64,000 nucleotides of DNA from an uncultured archaeon. GTDB taxonomy: Archaea > Asgardarchaeota > Lokiarchaeia > Sigyniarchaeales > SOKP01. Position numbers and translations under genes: made by a program. The notes under the pieces are model-generated. The model was given only the letters and a program-made list of their open reading frames with translations. It was not told the origin of the DNA and searched no databases. The DNA is taken from assembly GCA_964583985.1 (NCBI GenBank), contig CAZOYD010000002.1, positions 94,267 to 158,266 of the forward strand, given 5' to 3'. Positions 21,516 to 32,000 of the stretch are shown here, piece after piece; positions within the stretch are counted from its first letter, which is position 1; each line of letters begins with the position of its first letter.

Positions 21516-22937
21516 ATGATAAAATTTAGCGATAAACAATTAAAAATTCCTAAATTGATGCGCCCAGTATATTTAGCTACTGTAGGAATGTCAAAATTTG
21601 ATAGAGCATTCCCTGAAACCAGAACAGAAGAATTATGTATTCAAGCATTCACCGCTGCTGCTGATTTTGTTAACATGACCCCTTCGGAACTAAAAAGTTA
21701 CATCCATACATGTTATTATGGTCATTTTGCAGATCATTTTGGAGATCAACTTCTTGGAGAAGCAGTGATCCATGATAGACTTGGCTTGGATCCCTTAGGG
21801 AACATAGGTGTGAAAACAGGGGGAGCTACTGGAGGTTCTACCATGTGGGAAGCTGTAAAAACTGTAGCTTCTGGATATAGTGACTGCGCACTCGCACTTG
21901 GTTGGGAACGCATGGATGAGGTACCAACAGATGAGGGCAACCATCTAATTTCTGCTGCCGCAGATAAGGATTGGGAAACTCCTTTAGGACATATTTACAC
22001 GGGTTATTATGCAGTAATGGCTCAAAGGTATTGGAAAATATTTGGAAAGGAAGAAGATTCTTTTCGGGATACAATGTCAGAAATTGCTGTAAAAAATCGT
22101 GGATATGCCCGTATGAACCCCTATGCTCAAGGACCAATGAAAATAACTGTTGAAGATGTCAATAACTCGCCTATTGTGGCCTATCCACTTCGTGTATTAG
22201 ATTGTTGCTTGATGAGTGTAGGTTCTGCTTGTGGTATTGTATGTGATGAAAAAACGGCTTATGAGATCACGGATCATCCACTTAGAATTTATATTGGAGC
22301 GGGAAGTCATACCTTAAGAGTTGCTGACCGGAGAGACATGACAATTCCGCTATTACCAAACGAAACACCAGAAACCTATAAAGATCTAGGCACGAGATTC
22401 CCTGGATCAGATAGGTATCCAGGATTCACCGGGTTTTTAGCAGCTAGGATGGCATCGTATTATGCATATAGAATGGCAGGAATTGAGGAACCAATTGAAG
22501 ATCTTGATGTAATTGAACTTCATGATGCGTTTACTATTAGTGATATTCAATCTTATGAAGATGTAGGATTGCGTCACTATGGTGAGGGGAGAGATTATAT
22601 AGAATCTGGAGATGCGTATCTCATCAATCCACGCACTAAAAAACAAGGTAAACTCCCAAGTAATTTAAGTGGAGGATTAATAGGATGCATGCATGCTGTA
22701 GGAGCTACGGGATTAATGCAAATTGCAGAGATTGGATACCATATATGGAATCGTTGGGATGAAATACATGAACCTCAAGAGAAATGGAATGCATTTGGTC
22801 GTGAAAAACCAGATGATTGGACTAGCTTGCAAGTAAAGAATGCTAAACGAGGCTTAGCAATTAGTCACGCTGGAGTTGGTTCGCATGTTACAGCAACAAT
22901 ATTAATGGACCCAAATAACTTACTTAAGGAGGATTAA
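21516..22937 (+). CDS. SCP-x/Ltp-type thiolase-family protein (uninterrupted; no nucleophilic Cys)
   Basis: TGGATGG at the usual Cys site, ELHDAFT, SGGLIGCMHAVGATG. Confidence 0.88.
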   Translation: MIKFSDKQLKIPKLMRPVYLATVGMSKFDRAFPETRTEELCIQAFTAAADFVNMTPSELKSYIHTCYYGHFADHFGDQLLGEAVIHDRLGLDPLGNIGVKTGGATGGSTMWEAVKTVASGYSDCALALGWERMDEVPTDEGNHLISAAADKDWETPLGHIYTGYYAVMAQRYWKIFGKEEDSFRDTMSEIAVKNRGYARMNPYAQGPMKITVEDVNNSPIVAYPLRVLDCCLMSVGSACGIVCDEKTAYEITDHPLRIYIGAGSHTLRVADRRDMTIPLLPNETPETYKDLGTRFPGSDRYPGFTGFLAARMASYYAYRMAGIEEPIEDLDVIELHDAFTISDIQSYEDVGLRHYGEGRDYIESGDAYLINPRTKKQGKLPSNLSGGLIGCMHAVGATGLMQIAEIGYHIWNRWDEIHEPQEKWNAFGREKPDDWTSLQVKNAKRGLAISHAGVGSHVTATILMDPNNLLKED

Positions 22938-22940
22938 AAG

Positions 22941-23540
22941 ATGCCAAAAACAAAAGATGAAAAAGGATTTGTTGATATAGTGAATGGAAGATATAAACCA
23001 AGAGGCGTTTTTCACATTCCAGAGGCAAATCAACCGATATTTAACAAGGATACTGGGAAATTAGCGGGTGTTACGAACCCTCGTGACATGACATACATCC
23101 ATTCTTACGGAGGAGAAGCTCCTTTCTTCGAAGGTTTAGGAAAGGGAAGATTGATGGCAACCCGATGTGATAATGAGAAATGTAGTACAAAAGGATCAAT
23201 TTATCAACCTTTCAGGATTTATTGTCCAGATTGTCTGAGGAAAAACATTGTCATCGATATGACGGATTTAGCAAAGAAAACCGCAAAAATTCATTCCTAT
23301 ATTATCACTCATAGGTCTGGTGCATTTAATTCACTTCCAATACCTATAAAATTCATAAATGTAGAGTTTGAAGGAGTAGTGACAATCCTCATGAGCGTAT
23401 TAGCAGTAGGAGAGCCTGAAATTGATAAAAGAGTAGTACCCATTTTTAATACTAAATCACCCACTTATACAATTATGGATCTTAGATTCGTGGTTGAGGG
23501 TACAACAGAATCAGAACTTCCTGAAGGATTTACCTATTAA
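22941..23540 (+). CDS. DUF35-like Zn-ribbon/OB-fold thiolase partner
   Basis: FFEGL..G.L.ATRC....C.....PFRIYCPDC; directly follows a thiolase gene. Confidence 0.85.
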   Translation: MPKTKDEKGFVDIVNGRYKPRGVFHIPEANQPIFNKDTGKLAGVTNPRDMTYIHSYGGEAPFFEGLGKGRLMATRCDNEKCSTKGSIYQPFRIYCPDCLRKNIVIDMTDLAKKTAKIHSYIITHRSGAFNSLPIPIKFINVEFEGVVTILMSVLAVGEPEIDKRVVPIFNTKSPTYTIMDLRFVVEGTTESELPEGFTY

Positions 23541-23723
23541 TATTATTCCATTTTCTTTTTTTTTAGTTAAATATAGATTATTTTATGAAATAGATAATTA
23601 ATTTACCGTCTATTAACTTATCTTTTGATAAAAAAGAGAAGAGTCATTGTAAATTAGTAAAAATTAGATAACTTTTAATTAAAGAATAATGTATATTTTT
23701 TAAGATGTACAAATGGTGATTTA

Positions 23724-24239
23724 ATGGTTTTTATTGTTGAAGCTATCAAAGAGATTCCCGTGGATTTTAACATATTTTTCGAGCAATTTATTAAGAATTT
23801 CACGTCAAAAACATTTTCGGAAGGAGGCACCGATATAAAGATTATTGAAATAGGTCCTCGTGAAGAAAAGCAAACTAGGTTTCAGTTATTACCCGCAACG
23901 AGCATGGAAGTAAAATTTCCCGTACTTTTTGAACAGAAACCGTATGGTATGGAAGTATCGTTAAATCTTGATATCGAAATGATTACTGCAGGTAAAAAAA
24001 TGGGAGGTAAATTAGCGAAAAAAATGTTAAACGCAAAACTTGAAGTTTTTGAAGCGGGATTAAACAATCAGTTGAGCATGCTAATAAAGATGTCCATCGC
24101 TGAATCATTGAAACAATCTGAAGGAGGATTAGGAAAAACAAGCGATGAAGATCCATTGAAAATTCTTAAACTCCAATTTGTTAATGGTGAAATTTCAGAA
24201 GACGAATATAAACACAAAAAAAAATTATTAGAAAACTAA
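23724..24239 (+). CDS. SHOCT domain protein
   Basis: C-terminal DPLKILKLQFVNGEISEDEYKHKKKLL. Confidence 0.8.
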   Translation: MVFIVEAIKEIPVDFNIFFEQFIKNFTSKTFSEGGTDIKIIEIGPREEKQTRFQLLPATSMEVKFPVLFEQKPYGMEVSLNLDIEMITAGKKMGGKLAKKMLNAKLEVFEAGLNNQLSMLIKMSIAESLKQSEGGLGKTSDEDPLKILKLQFVNGEISEDEYKHKKKLLEN

Positions 24240-24524
24240 TTTTATTTCTTATTTTTATTGCTTTCCTCAAAATTTGAATGATATGAAGCTTTCTCTTTAC
24301 TTTTTTATTATATTCAACATTTTTATACTTCTGATAATGTTTTCATATTTATCCCGATTTTTATTAAGAATATCAATCTATGCGGAATGTAAAATGACTA
24401 AATTCATCAAAATATAATTTCTATTTACATACATTTATATGTATTTACAATTCAATTTTAATAGAAAATAGTTAAAATTATTTCTAATTAGCATTCTAAG
24501 TAATAATTTGGTGTTATATTACAA

Positions 24525-25256
24525 TTGGTTTTAGATAATACTGATATTATGAATGGGTTTTTGTCTTTAATTTTCATTATAATTTCAATTTTTGTTGGAT
24601 TATTATTTTTCTTTAAATATCGAAAATATAGGATAAAGGATTTAATATTTGTTGGAATAACTTGGATTATAATGAGTGAACCCTGGTGGGGGCATACTAT
24701 ATCGCTTTTTGTCGCATTTTCAACAGGGGAAGGTCTAAATATACAAATAATTTATTTTATTTCAACAACATTTGTTCCTATCGGTTTAGTGTCGTGGATA
24801 GCTGTCTATATAGATTTCCTATATAGGAAACACAAGAAAACGATTTTAATAATCGCAATTATGGGTCTAATCATTTTTGAAATAATTTTTCAATATTTTT
24901 TATTCACAAATCCATCCATAATAGCGATAAAACAAAGTGCTGTGGATTCAATAAATCAACCGTTTATATTATTATTTTTTCTTAGTGTTTTAATAACTTT
25001 TTTGATTACAGGGATTTTATTCGCAAATTCAGCTATAAAATCTAATGATAAAGAATCTAAACTGAAAGGCAAGATCTTGCTTTTAGCAATTCTTTCATAT
25101 GCAGTAGGTTCGGTTTGGGATGGTGTTTTCGCTTCTACAGGTTCACTTTTAATAGTTAGCAGAATAATCCTAACTATAAGCAGTGTCTTTTTTTATTATG
25201 GATTTTTTTTACCTAATTGGATGAAAAGGATCATTTTACATTCGAATAGAGCTTAA
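24525..25256 (+). CDS. 7-TM membrane protein (paralog of 45642-46373)
   Basis: About 7 TM; shares K.KGKIL..A.I....G...D and C-terminal Y.GF.LP.W with 45642-46373. Confidence 0.75.
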   Translation: MVLDNTDIMNGFLSLIFIIISIFVGLLFFFKYRKYRIKDLIFVGITWIIMSEPWWGHTISLFVAFSTGEGLNIQIIYFISTTFVPIGLVSWIAVYIDFLYRKHKKTILIIAIMGLIIFEIIFQYFLFTNPSIIAIKQSAVDSINQPFILLFFLSVLITFLITGILFANSAIKSNDKESKLKGKILLLAILSYAVGSVWDGVFASTGSLLIVSRIILTISSVFFYYGFFLPNWMKRIILHSNRA

Positions 25257-25358
25257 AATCATTGTTAAATCCTTGACAAATTAGGTAATTAATAATGAAA
25301 TTTATAAGAAGCTAGTATCAATACCAAGCTTCAGATTATTGATGGATAAAAAAATTGT

Positions 25359-25628
25359 TTACCCCCATTCGCATTTATATCCTGTTCCTCCTAAAGGCCA
25401 GAAGAATTGTATAGCATCCTCAGAACATGCGTACCAGCAAGAAGCGCATTCCATGCATTCATCCAAGCTTATAATTCTCGCAGTCTTTTCAAAAATCTCA
25501 AAACATCCTGCTAAGCATACCCTTATACAGTTAGCACATCCAGAACACTTGTTTTTATCAATTTTTATAAAATCACCAGTACCTTCAATCCATTCTACAC
25601 CAGGAAATTTTTTTGATATTTTAGTCAT
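25359..25628 (-). CDS. 2x[4Fe-4S] ferredoxin (FixX-like)
   Basis: CSGCANCIRVC and CMECASCWYAC, C-terminal P.GG.G; downstream of the FixC-like gene. Confidence 0.88.
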   Translation of the reverse strand: MTKISKKFPGVEWIEGTGDFIKIDKNKCSGCANCIRVCLAGCFEIFEKTARIISLDECMECASCWYACSEDAIQFFWPLGGTGYKCEWG

Positions 25629-25640
25629 CTGTTTTTCACC

Positions 25641-27302
25641 TCAAATGCTGAATAGTGATGGATTTGCTCCATCCACAAAAGATATCAATTTCTTACTTAA
25701 TTTATTCCGAATCGGATAAGTTAGTTTTAGGAAAAGAGAATATATTGGTTCAAAAATTGGTAATATTATTTCCAAACACCTATTCATAGAATTTGCTAAG
25801 GGGATAACAATTAAATTTTGCATTTTTTTCATCCCTATCAGTTTTTTCGTAATTCTGTCAATAATTCTCAAAAAAAAGAGAAAGCTTGTTTCTTTTTTCG
25901 TGATTTTTTTGTGAGCAATATCATTCTCAGAGTCTTGATGTCCATAATCAAAATTTTCATGAAGCCAATTTTGAAAATATCTAAAATACATTTTTATCCA
26001 TTTAGTTATTATATTTGGATCCTTACGTATGTACAAAAATAGTAATTGCAAAAAGGGAGTGGTAAACGAACTGAGTGTTCCAAGTCCCCAACCATTATGA
26101 ATGTACTTTTTAAGCGTCTTAAAGCTATGTTCTTGTTGAGCTAAACGTAAATTATAGCGATTTATTCCCGAGATTGACCATTGAATAATTGGATGTCTAC
26201 TAATTCTTTCTGTATATCTTTTAAGAAACAATTTAGAAGCATTATTCGCTTTTATTGCTTCAATAGCAACTCCAGCAGCGATTTCAGCAGAAAACCAAGC
26301 TGCTGGAACGCCATCACATAATTCTGTACTCTCAAGACCTGCAACATCCCCGATTAATATCATACCATCCGTGATTTTAGGCAATTTACGAAGATTTTTA
26401 TCCAGCCCAACGTAGATTTCAAAACCTTCCCATGTTCTTGCCCTTAACTTTATTCTCGGTGAAACCAAATCTCTCCACCAAGATAATTTAGATGTTATAT
26501 TATGGTGATATTCATTAAATACCTTCTTCAAATTAGGTACTTTTTTTTCATCCATTCTTAAACATTGATCTTGCATGAAATGAAGACTATTCCTGTAGGG
26601 CCACACCATAAGTCCATTTCCATATCCAAGTGGTGGTGCTATTTTTTGTTCATCCCATCCCCAACACATTTTAACAGAAAATCCAAATATTTTATCGATA
26701 TCTTTTTTTGACATAACATAATCGTATGTATCTGCGAGAGAGATAGTTTCAGGAGGATATTTTTTCCTCATACCAGCTTTTATGGCTAATAATCCTTGTG
26801 AACCTTCAGAATTTATTATGATCTTACTCCTAATATTCTCACCCTTATCTGTTAAGATACCCCGAATAGTTCCATCTTCTTTTATGAAATCTATTACTGT
26901 CGTCGATGTACGTAGTTCAACTCCAGCATCGATGGCTTTTCGGGATAACCACTGACAGAATGGCTTACAATATGTATTATAACCAAAAGAAATGATTGGT
27001 GAGAGTGGTTTTGGGACTTTAAGAGAATTATCAACATAGATATCACCTTTATCAATATCCTTGATGATATAGTTATCAATACCATCAGAAGGACGTTCAA
27101 ATGGTGGATTTCCGTCCCTAATGTAAGTTGGAGCAAATAAAAAACCTTGAAAGGGTATTGTTAATCCCGAAATCACTTTATCACCTACATTTTCTGATCG
27201 TTCAAGTAATAATGTTTTTAAACCCGCGTCTGAGCAAAGCTTTGCTGCTACTGATCCTCCAAATCCAGCACCTATTACAATAACATCAAAATTCTTTTCC
27301 AT
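25641..27302 (-). CDS. FixC/geranylgeranyl-reductase family FAD oxidoreductase
   Basis: DVIVIGAGFGG, LLLER, LIGDVAG; start probably ATG at 27302 (MEKNFD). Confidence 0.82.
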   Translation of the reverse strand: MEKNFDVIVIGAGFGGSVAAKLCSDAGLKTLLLERSENVGDKVISGLTIPFQGFLFAPTYIRDGNPPFERPSDGIDNYIIKDIDKGDIYVDNSLKVPKPLSPIISFGYNTYCKPFCQWLSRKAIDAGVELRTSTTVIDFIKEDGTIRGILTDKGENIRSKIIINSEGSQGLLAIKAGMRKKYPPETISLADTYDYVMSKKDIDKIFGFSVKMCWGWDEQKIAPPLGYGNGLMVWPYRNSLHFMQDQCLRMDEKKVPNLKKVFNEYHHNITSKLSWWRDLVSPRIKLRARTWEGFEIYVGLDKNLRKLPKITDGMILIGDVAGLESTELCDGVPAAWFSAEIAAGVAIEAIKANNASKLFLKRYTERISRHPIIQWSISGINRYNLRLAQQEHSFKTLKKYIHNGWGLGTLSSFTTPFLQLLFLYIRKDPNIITKWIKMYFRYFQNWLHENFDYGHQDSENDIAHKKITKKETSFLFFLRIIDRITKKLIGMKKMQNLIVIPLANSMNRCLEIILPIFEPIYSLFLKLTYPIRNKLSKKLISFVDGANPSLFSI

Positions 27303-27493
27303 TGTTATTAATATTAACACGTTTTAATTTTAATACTTTTATGTGAGAGATTAACAACCATTTAATTTAACATTGGAGATGCTGAATTTAAAATCCATTC
27401 TTTAAATGAATTTGTAAGAGTGGAAGAATTTCTCAATAATATGAAAAGAAAAGAATTGAAAATTGGATTTTAATATAATGTTAATCACGTGAC

Positions 27494-28393
27494 TCAGAGT
27501 TCTACGTGCTCTTTTTTAAGATGGAAAATTTTTCTCGCTTCATCACCCTGTGCAATTTCTCTTCCCGCGAGTTCAGCAACTTTCTTTGCCCAAATTACTT
27601 GCTCATAACTACCTTTAGCTAACTCACCTGTAATAGTACGAGTATTATCTTCTAAACCCACCCGAATATGGCCTCCTAAAGCTGCAGCACATAAACCCGC
27701 TTGAAATTGCTGCTTAGAAACTCCGCAAACACTCCAAGTAGAATCTGGAGGTATTAAATCTAATACCAAGGAGAAATTTCTTGGATTGAAAGGGATTCCT
27801 CCGAGTACACCCCATACAAACTGGAAGTGAAGTGGTTGTGTAAAGTCACCTTGTGATCTATTAAGAAAAAGCATGTTATAAAGGCCTCCTAAGTCATATA
27901 TTTCCATTTCCGGTTTCGTTCCTACTTTCTTCATCTCTTTTGCAAATTTCGTGATTGTTTTGAAAGTATTGGCAAAAATATTATCAGCACCCATGCCAAC
28001 TTTTCCAGTGTGATAATCACCAACCGCAAAATTCATGGACGCTGTATTTAGGGAAGCTAAAGGTGGTTTGAAGGTTTGAACAGGTGCTATTCTTTGCTTA
28101 TCTGTAGCTACCGAACTAATAGCACTACTTAAATTGATAATTACATCCGGAGCTTTTGATTTTATGTTTTGCAGCACAGCTTTTATTAGGTCTAAGTCAT
28201 GTGTTGGATTACCTTTTTCTGGATCTCGTGCATGGATGTGAACTATTGCAGCACCTGCATCATAGCATTTTTTTGCTTCATCTCCAAATTCCTCTGCTGT
28301 ATAGGGAACGCTTGGATTATTAGCCTTGGTTGTAATTGCACCAGCTAGAGCTGCTGAAATAACCAATTTATTTTCTGGATTTGATTCAGACAT
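27494..28393 (-). CDS. beta-keto acid cleavage enzyme (BKACE/Kce, DUF849) family
   Basis: AGAAIVHIHARD, SLN..SMNF, KPEMEIYD, GGHIRVGLED. Confidence 0.9.
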   Translation of the reverse strand: MSESNPENKLVISAALAGAITTKANNPSVPYTAEEFGDEAKKCYDAGAAIVHIHARDPEKGNPTHDLDLIKAVLQNIKSKAPDVIINLSSAISSVATDKQRIAPVQTFKPPLASLNTASMNFAVGDYHTGKVGMGADNIFANTFKTITKFAKEMKKVGTKPEMEIYDLGGLYNMLFLNRSQGDFTQPLHFQFVWGVLGGIPFNPRNFSLVLDLIPPDSTWSVCGVSKQQFQAGLCAAALGGHIRVGLEDNTRTITGELAKGSYEQVIWAKKVAELAGREIAQGDEARKIFHLKKEHVEL

Positions 28394-28611
28394 TTTTATT
28401 TACAACTCATTTGATATTTCAATTTAAATTCATATATAAATATATTGAATTAAAATTAATCTTCTTTCTATTTAAATTTTAAAACAGATCTTATTATAGG
28501 AAGAGTAGATTTTATTAGCAAATTGGTTTAAAACTATTTATATATCATTTAATCAATATTATAATAATTTAATATATAAAATTAACAAATTAAAAAACAT
28601 GGAAATCAAAA

Positions 28612-29745
28612 ATGGATAAAGTAGCAATAGTTGGTTGTGCTCAAACCAAGTATGAAGAAGACAAAATTGACTTAACTATATCAGAGTTAGTTTTTGAAGT
28701 TGTACAACAACTTCACCATGATTTGGGCATAACTAATGATGATATTGGGTGTGTAATAACCAGTTCTAATGATTTCAATGATGGAAGAACGATTGCAAAT
28801 ATGGCGATTCAAGATGCAGTGGGTTCAGTAAGAAAGGGAGAATCTCGTGTTTCTGGAGATGGAGCTTTTGCATTTGTATATGGCGCCATGAGAATTTTAT
28901 CAGGTTCCTATGACACCGTTCTCGTGGTTTCTCATTGCAAATGTTCGGAGGTAAATCAATACCTCGTTAACAATTCGATATTTGATCCATACTATCAAAG
29001 GCATTTGGGATTAGATCAAATCTCATCAGCAGGATTAATGGCAAACATGTACATGAATAAATATGGAATAACTGAAGAACAAGCTGCTAAAGTTGCTGTA
29101 AAGAATAGAAAAAATGCTCTTAACAATCCATATGCTCATTTACAAAAGGAAATATCGATTGATGACGTGCTAAATTCAAAAATGATGGCATACCCATTAA
29201 AGGAGTTGGATCTACCACCTTTTTCGGATGGAGCTGTAGCGATGTTATTGACAAGTGAAGAGAAAGCGAAAAAATTGACAGATACACCAATATGGTTAAA
29301 AGGGTATGGGAGTTGCACTGATGCATACTATTTAGGTCATAGAAATATGACGGATCTCATCGGTTTGGAATTAGCAGCTAAAACAGCCTACAAAATGGCG
29401 GGAGTTGCAAATCCTCTGAAAGAAATAGACGTGTTTGAAGTTTATGATGCATTTTCATTTCATGAATTAATGATATACGAAGCCTTGGGATTATGCGATA
29501 AAGGAAAAGGAGGAAAATTCATTGATGAACATTTTGAAACTCAGCTTCCAATAAATAAATCTGGAGGCGTATTATCTAGTAATCCAACAATGGCAAATGG
29601 TTTAATTCGAGTCGCAGAAATTGCAACGCAACTAAAAGGGGAAGCTGAAAACCGTCAAGTTGATGGTGTCAAGCTCGGTTTAGCACACGGGATGAATGGA
29701 ATATGTTCTCAAGGCAATTGTGTATTAATTTTTGGAGGAGATTAA
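28612..29745 (+). CDS. Ltp4-like thiolase-family protein (uninterrupted)
   Basis: VAIVGCAQT, SGDGAFA, DGAVA, EVYDAF, INKSGGVLSSNP. Confidence 0.85.
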   Translation: MDKVAIVGCAQTKYEEDKIDLTISELVFEVVQQLHHDLGITNDDIGCVITSSNDFNDGRTIANMAIQDAVGSVRKGESRVSGDGAFAFVYGAMRILSGSYDTVLVVSHCKCSEVNQYLVNNSIFDPYYQRHLGLDQISSAGLMANMYMNKYGITEEQAAKVAVKNRKNALNNPYAHLQKEISIDDVLNSKMMAYPLKELDLPPFSDGAVAMLLTSEEKAKKLTDTPIWLKGYGSCTDAYYLGHRNMTDLIGLELAAKTAYKMAGVANPLKEIDVFEVYDAFSFHELMIYEALGLCDKGKGGKFIDEHFETQLPINKSGGVLSSNPTMANGLIRVAEIATQLKGEAENRQVDGVKLGLAHGMNGICSQGNCVLIFGGD

Positions 29746-29749
29746 AAAA

Positions 29750-30946
29750 ATGTCTAAAAATCATGTTGCAGTAGTAGGAATGGGACAAACTAAGTTTAGA
29801 AGTAAACGAAGAGATGTTAATATCCCAGAAATGATCTATGAAGCGGTTGATATGGCTCTTAAGGATGCAAAATTAGAACCTGGAGACATTGATGCTATCT
29901 TAATTGGCAATTTTTGATATCATATCGGTATTAAATGCTAGATGGATCATTTCGAGGGAATTAATTTTTCTGAAATGTGGACGGGTATTGATGCCGCGCC
30001 GGGTTATTTGAAACCAGTGGTAAAAATTGCAACGGGAGGCACCACAGGAAGTTCTTTAGCAATTTGTGGGTATCATAATATTGCCTCGGGAATATATGAT
30101 AAAGTTCTTGTTGTTGGATGGGAAAAATTGAATGAAGGAGGGGCAACGACGGGAATTATCACGGCGTTCGATCCTGTGTGGGAGAGACCCTCATTAGCGG
30201 GAGCTTTAGGTCCACTTGCATTAATGGCGGGAATGTATTCCGCTAAATATGGGATAACTCCAGAACAAGCGGCAAAGGTAACTGTTAAAAATAGAAGTAA
30301 TGCCGCAAATAATCCTTTTGCTCACCTTCAGATGCCAGATATTACGATTGATTATGTGATGAGTTCTCAAGTTATTTCTTATCCCCTAAGATTACACGAT
30401 TGCTGTCCTCAAAGTGAAGGTGCATGTGCTCTAATTTACGCAAATGAAAAAGAAGCCAAAAAGATCACGGATACACCTGCTTGGTTTCATGCAGTAGAAA
30501 CGGCTCATTATTATACGTTTGGGACGGATGATAAGATGTACGATCTTCCTACGGCCACCATCGCATCTAAAAAAGCATATAAAAGAGCAGGAATAAAAAA
30601 TCCTTTAAGAGATTTGGATGTAGCAGAAATATATGAACCCACTTCTTGGAGCGAACTTTCATGGACTGAAGCGTTAGGGTTTTGCAAGCCAGGAGAGGGA
30701 GGTAAATTACTAGATGAAGGGATTACCCAAATGAGTGGAGAATTACCCGTTAATCCATCAGGAGGAGTCTTAAGCACGAATCCCATCGGTGCTACCGCAT
30801 TAGTTAGAGTAGCTGAAGCTGCTATTCAGATTATGGATCGTGGTGGAAAGCGTCAAGTCCCAGATGTAGAAAAAGCGCTTGCTATGGGATTTGGTGGAAG
30901 TTTATGGACGGAAGTAATGATATTAGGAAATGAACCCTTGAGGTGA
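29750..30946 (+). CDS. Ltp3-like thiolase-family protein, two exons: 29750-29911 and 29942-30946 (388 aa after splicing)
   Basis: SD GGAGGAG then ATG 29750; spliced junction DIDAILIGN|MDHFEGI; TGGTTG, EIYEP.SW, VNPSGGVLSTNPIGAT. Confidence 0.85.
29912..29941 (+). other. putative 30-nt BHB/BHL mRNA intron (intron A)
   Basis: GGCA-AT|T-TTTGATATC-ATATC-GGTATTAAA-TGCT-AG|A: 4-bp central helix, two 3-nt bulges, 9-bp intron stem; carries in-frame TGA and TAG. Confidence 0.85.
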
Positions 30947-31446
30947 AAAAATTGAGTAAGAGAAGAAAAAGTAATGAAGAAATTTTTGAAATAAAGTGGA
31001 AAACAGATCTACCATACCGCTATTCAATTGGGAAACTTGCTGTAAAGTTTTTCGAAGAGTTAAAAGAACATAGAAAAATTATGGGAAGTAAATGCAAGAA
31101 ATGCGGAAAAGTACACTTTCCACCAAGAGCTGTTTGCGCCGATTGTTTAGTAAAAATGACTGTTGATGATATGGTAGAACTACCTCCAAAAGGAACCTTG
31201 GAAGGATTTACCGTGGTAAATTATCCTTTTACAGATCCCTCAACAGGTGGTATTCGTCCATTTCCATATGGATATGGTCTTTTCAAATTAGATGGTGCTG
31301 ATACTTATACTATGCATTTTGTAAATGAGACCGATGTTACTAAAATGAAAATTGGACAACGTGTCGAAGCTGTATTTAATGATAAACTCATAGGTGATTT
31401 TACGGCAGATATTCCATATTTTAACATAATCAAAGAGGAGAAATAA
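30943..31446 (+). CDS. DUF35 Zn-ribbon/OB-fold protein
   Basis: GSKCKKCG...FPPR..C..C, PY..G..KLDGAD, IGQRVEAVF. Confidence 0.9.
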   Translation: MKKLSKRRKSNEEIFEIKWKTDLPYRYSIGKLAVKFFEELKEHRKIMGSKCKKCGKVHFPPRAVCADCLVKMTVDDMVELPPKGTLEGFTVVNYPFTDPSTGGIRPFPYGYGLFKLDGADTYTMHFVNETDVTKMKIGQRVEAVFNDKLIGDFTADIPYFNIIKEEK

Positions 31447-31461
31447 AGGAGGAAAAGAAAT

Positions 31462-31911
31462 ATGACAGATGATATAGAGAAAAAAGTGTATCGTGGACGA
31501 ATTAAAGTACCTTACAAGCACACCGCTGGGGCTTATGTAGAAAAATTCATAACTGAAATAGGAAAAAACAACAAAATTTTTGGAGTTAAATGTCCTAAAT
31601 GTGGAGAAGTATCAGTACCTCCAAAAATGATATGTTTTAAATGCTTTGAGAAAATGGAAGAATGGGTAGAAGTAGGAAATCAAGGTACTATCACCGGTTT
31701 TACAGTTGTTTCTCATTCTACACCTGTGATGCCTCTTGAACCTCCTTTTGCTTATGCATTGATTAAACTTGATGGATCTGATACTGATTTCGTTCATATA
31801 ATTAACGAAGGAGATCCGAAAAAGCTAGAAATTGGTGCAAGAGTTGAAGCAGTATTTAAAGAAAAGCCACGAAAAAGAATTTTAGATATAGAATATTTTA
31901 AGTTGATTTAG
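31462..31911 (+). CDS. DUF35 Zn-ribbon/OB-fold protein
   Basis: GVKCPKCG...VPP...C..C, PFAYALIKLDG, IGARVEAVF. Confidence 0.9.
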   Translation: MTDDIEKKVYRGRIKVPYKHTAGAYVEKFITEIGKNNKIFGVKCPKCGEVSVPPKMICFKCFEKMEEWVEVGNQGTITGFTVVSHSTPVMPLEPPFAYALIKLDGSDTDFVHIINEGDPKKLEIGARVEAVFKEKPRKRILDIEYFKLI

Positions 31912-32000
31912 ACATTTTCACTTCAAACTCTTTTTTTTAATTTTTAATTCTTGGAAAATAAAAAATAATCCTTTTAATAATAGAAAGATAATACTTAAGC

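Noticed and set aside
29912-29941. Selenocysteine/pyrrolysine readthrough of the in-frame TGA and TAG in the thiolase
   Set aside because: It needs two different recoding events and adds 10 residues where paralogs have none. No SECIS was identified, and the BHB fold explains the insert exactly.
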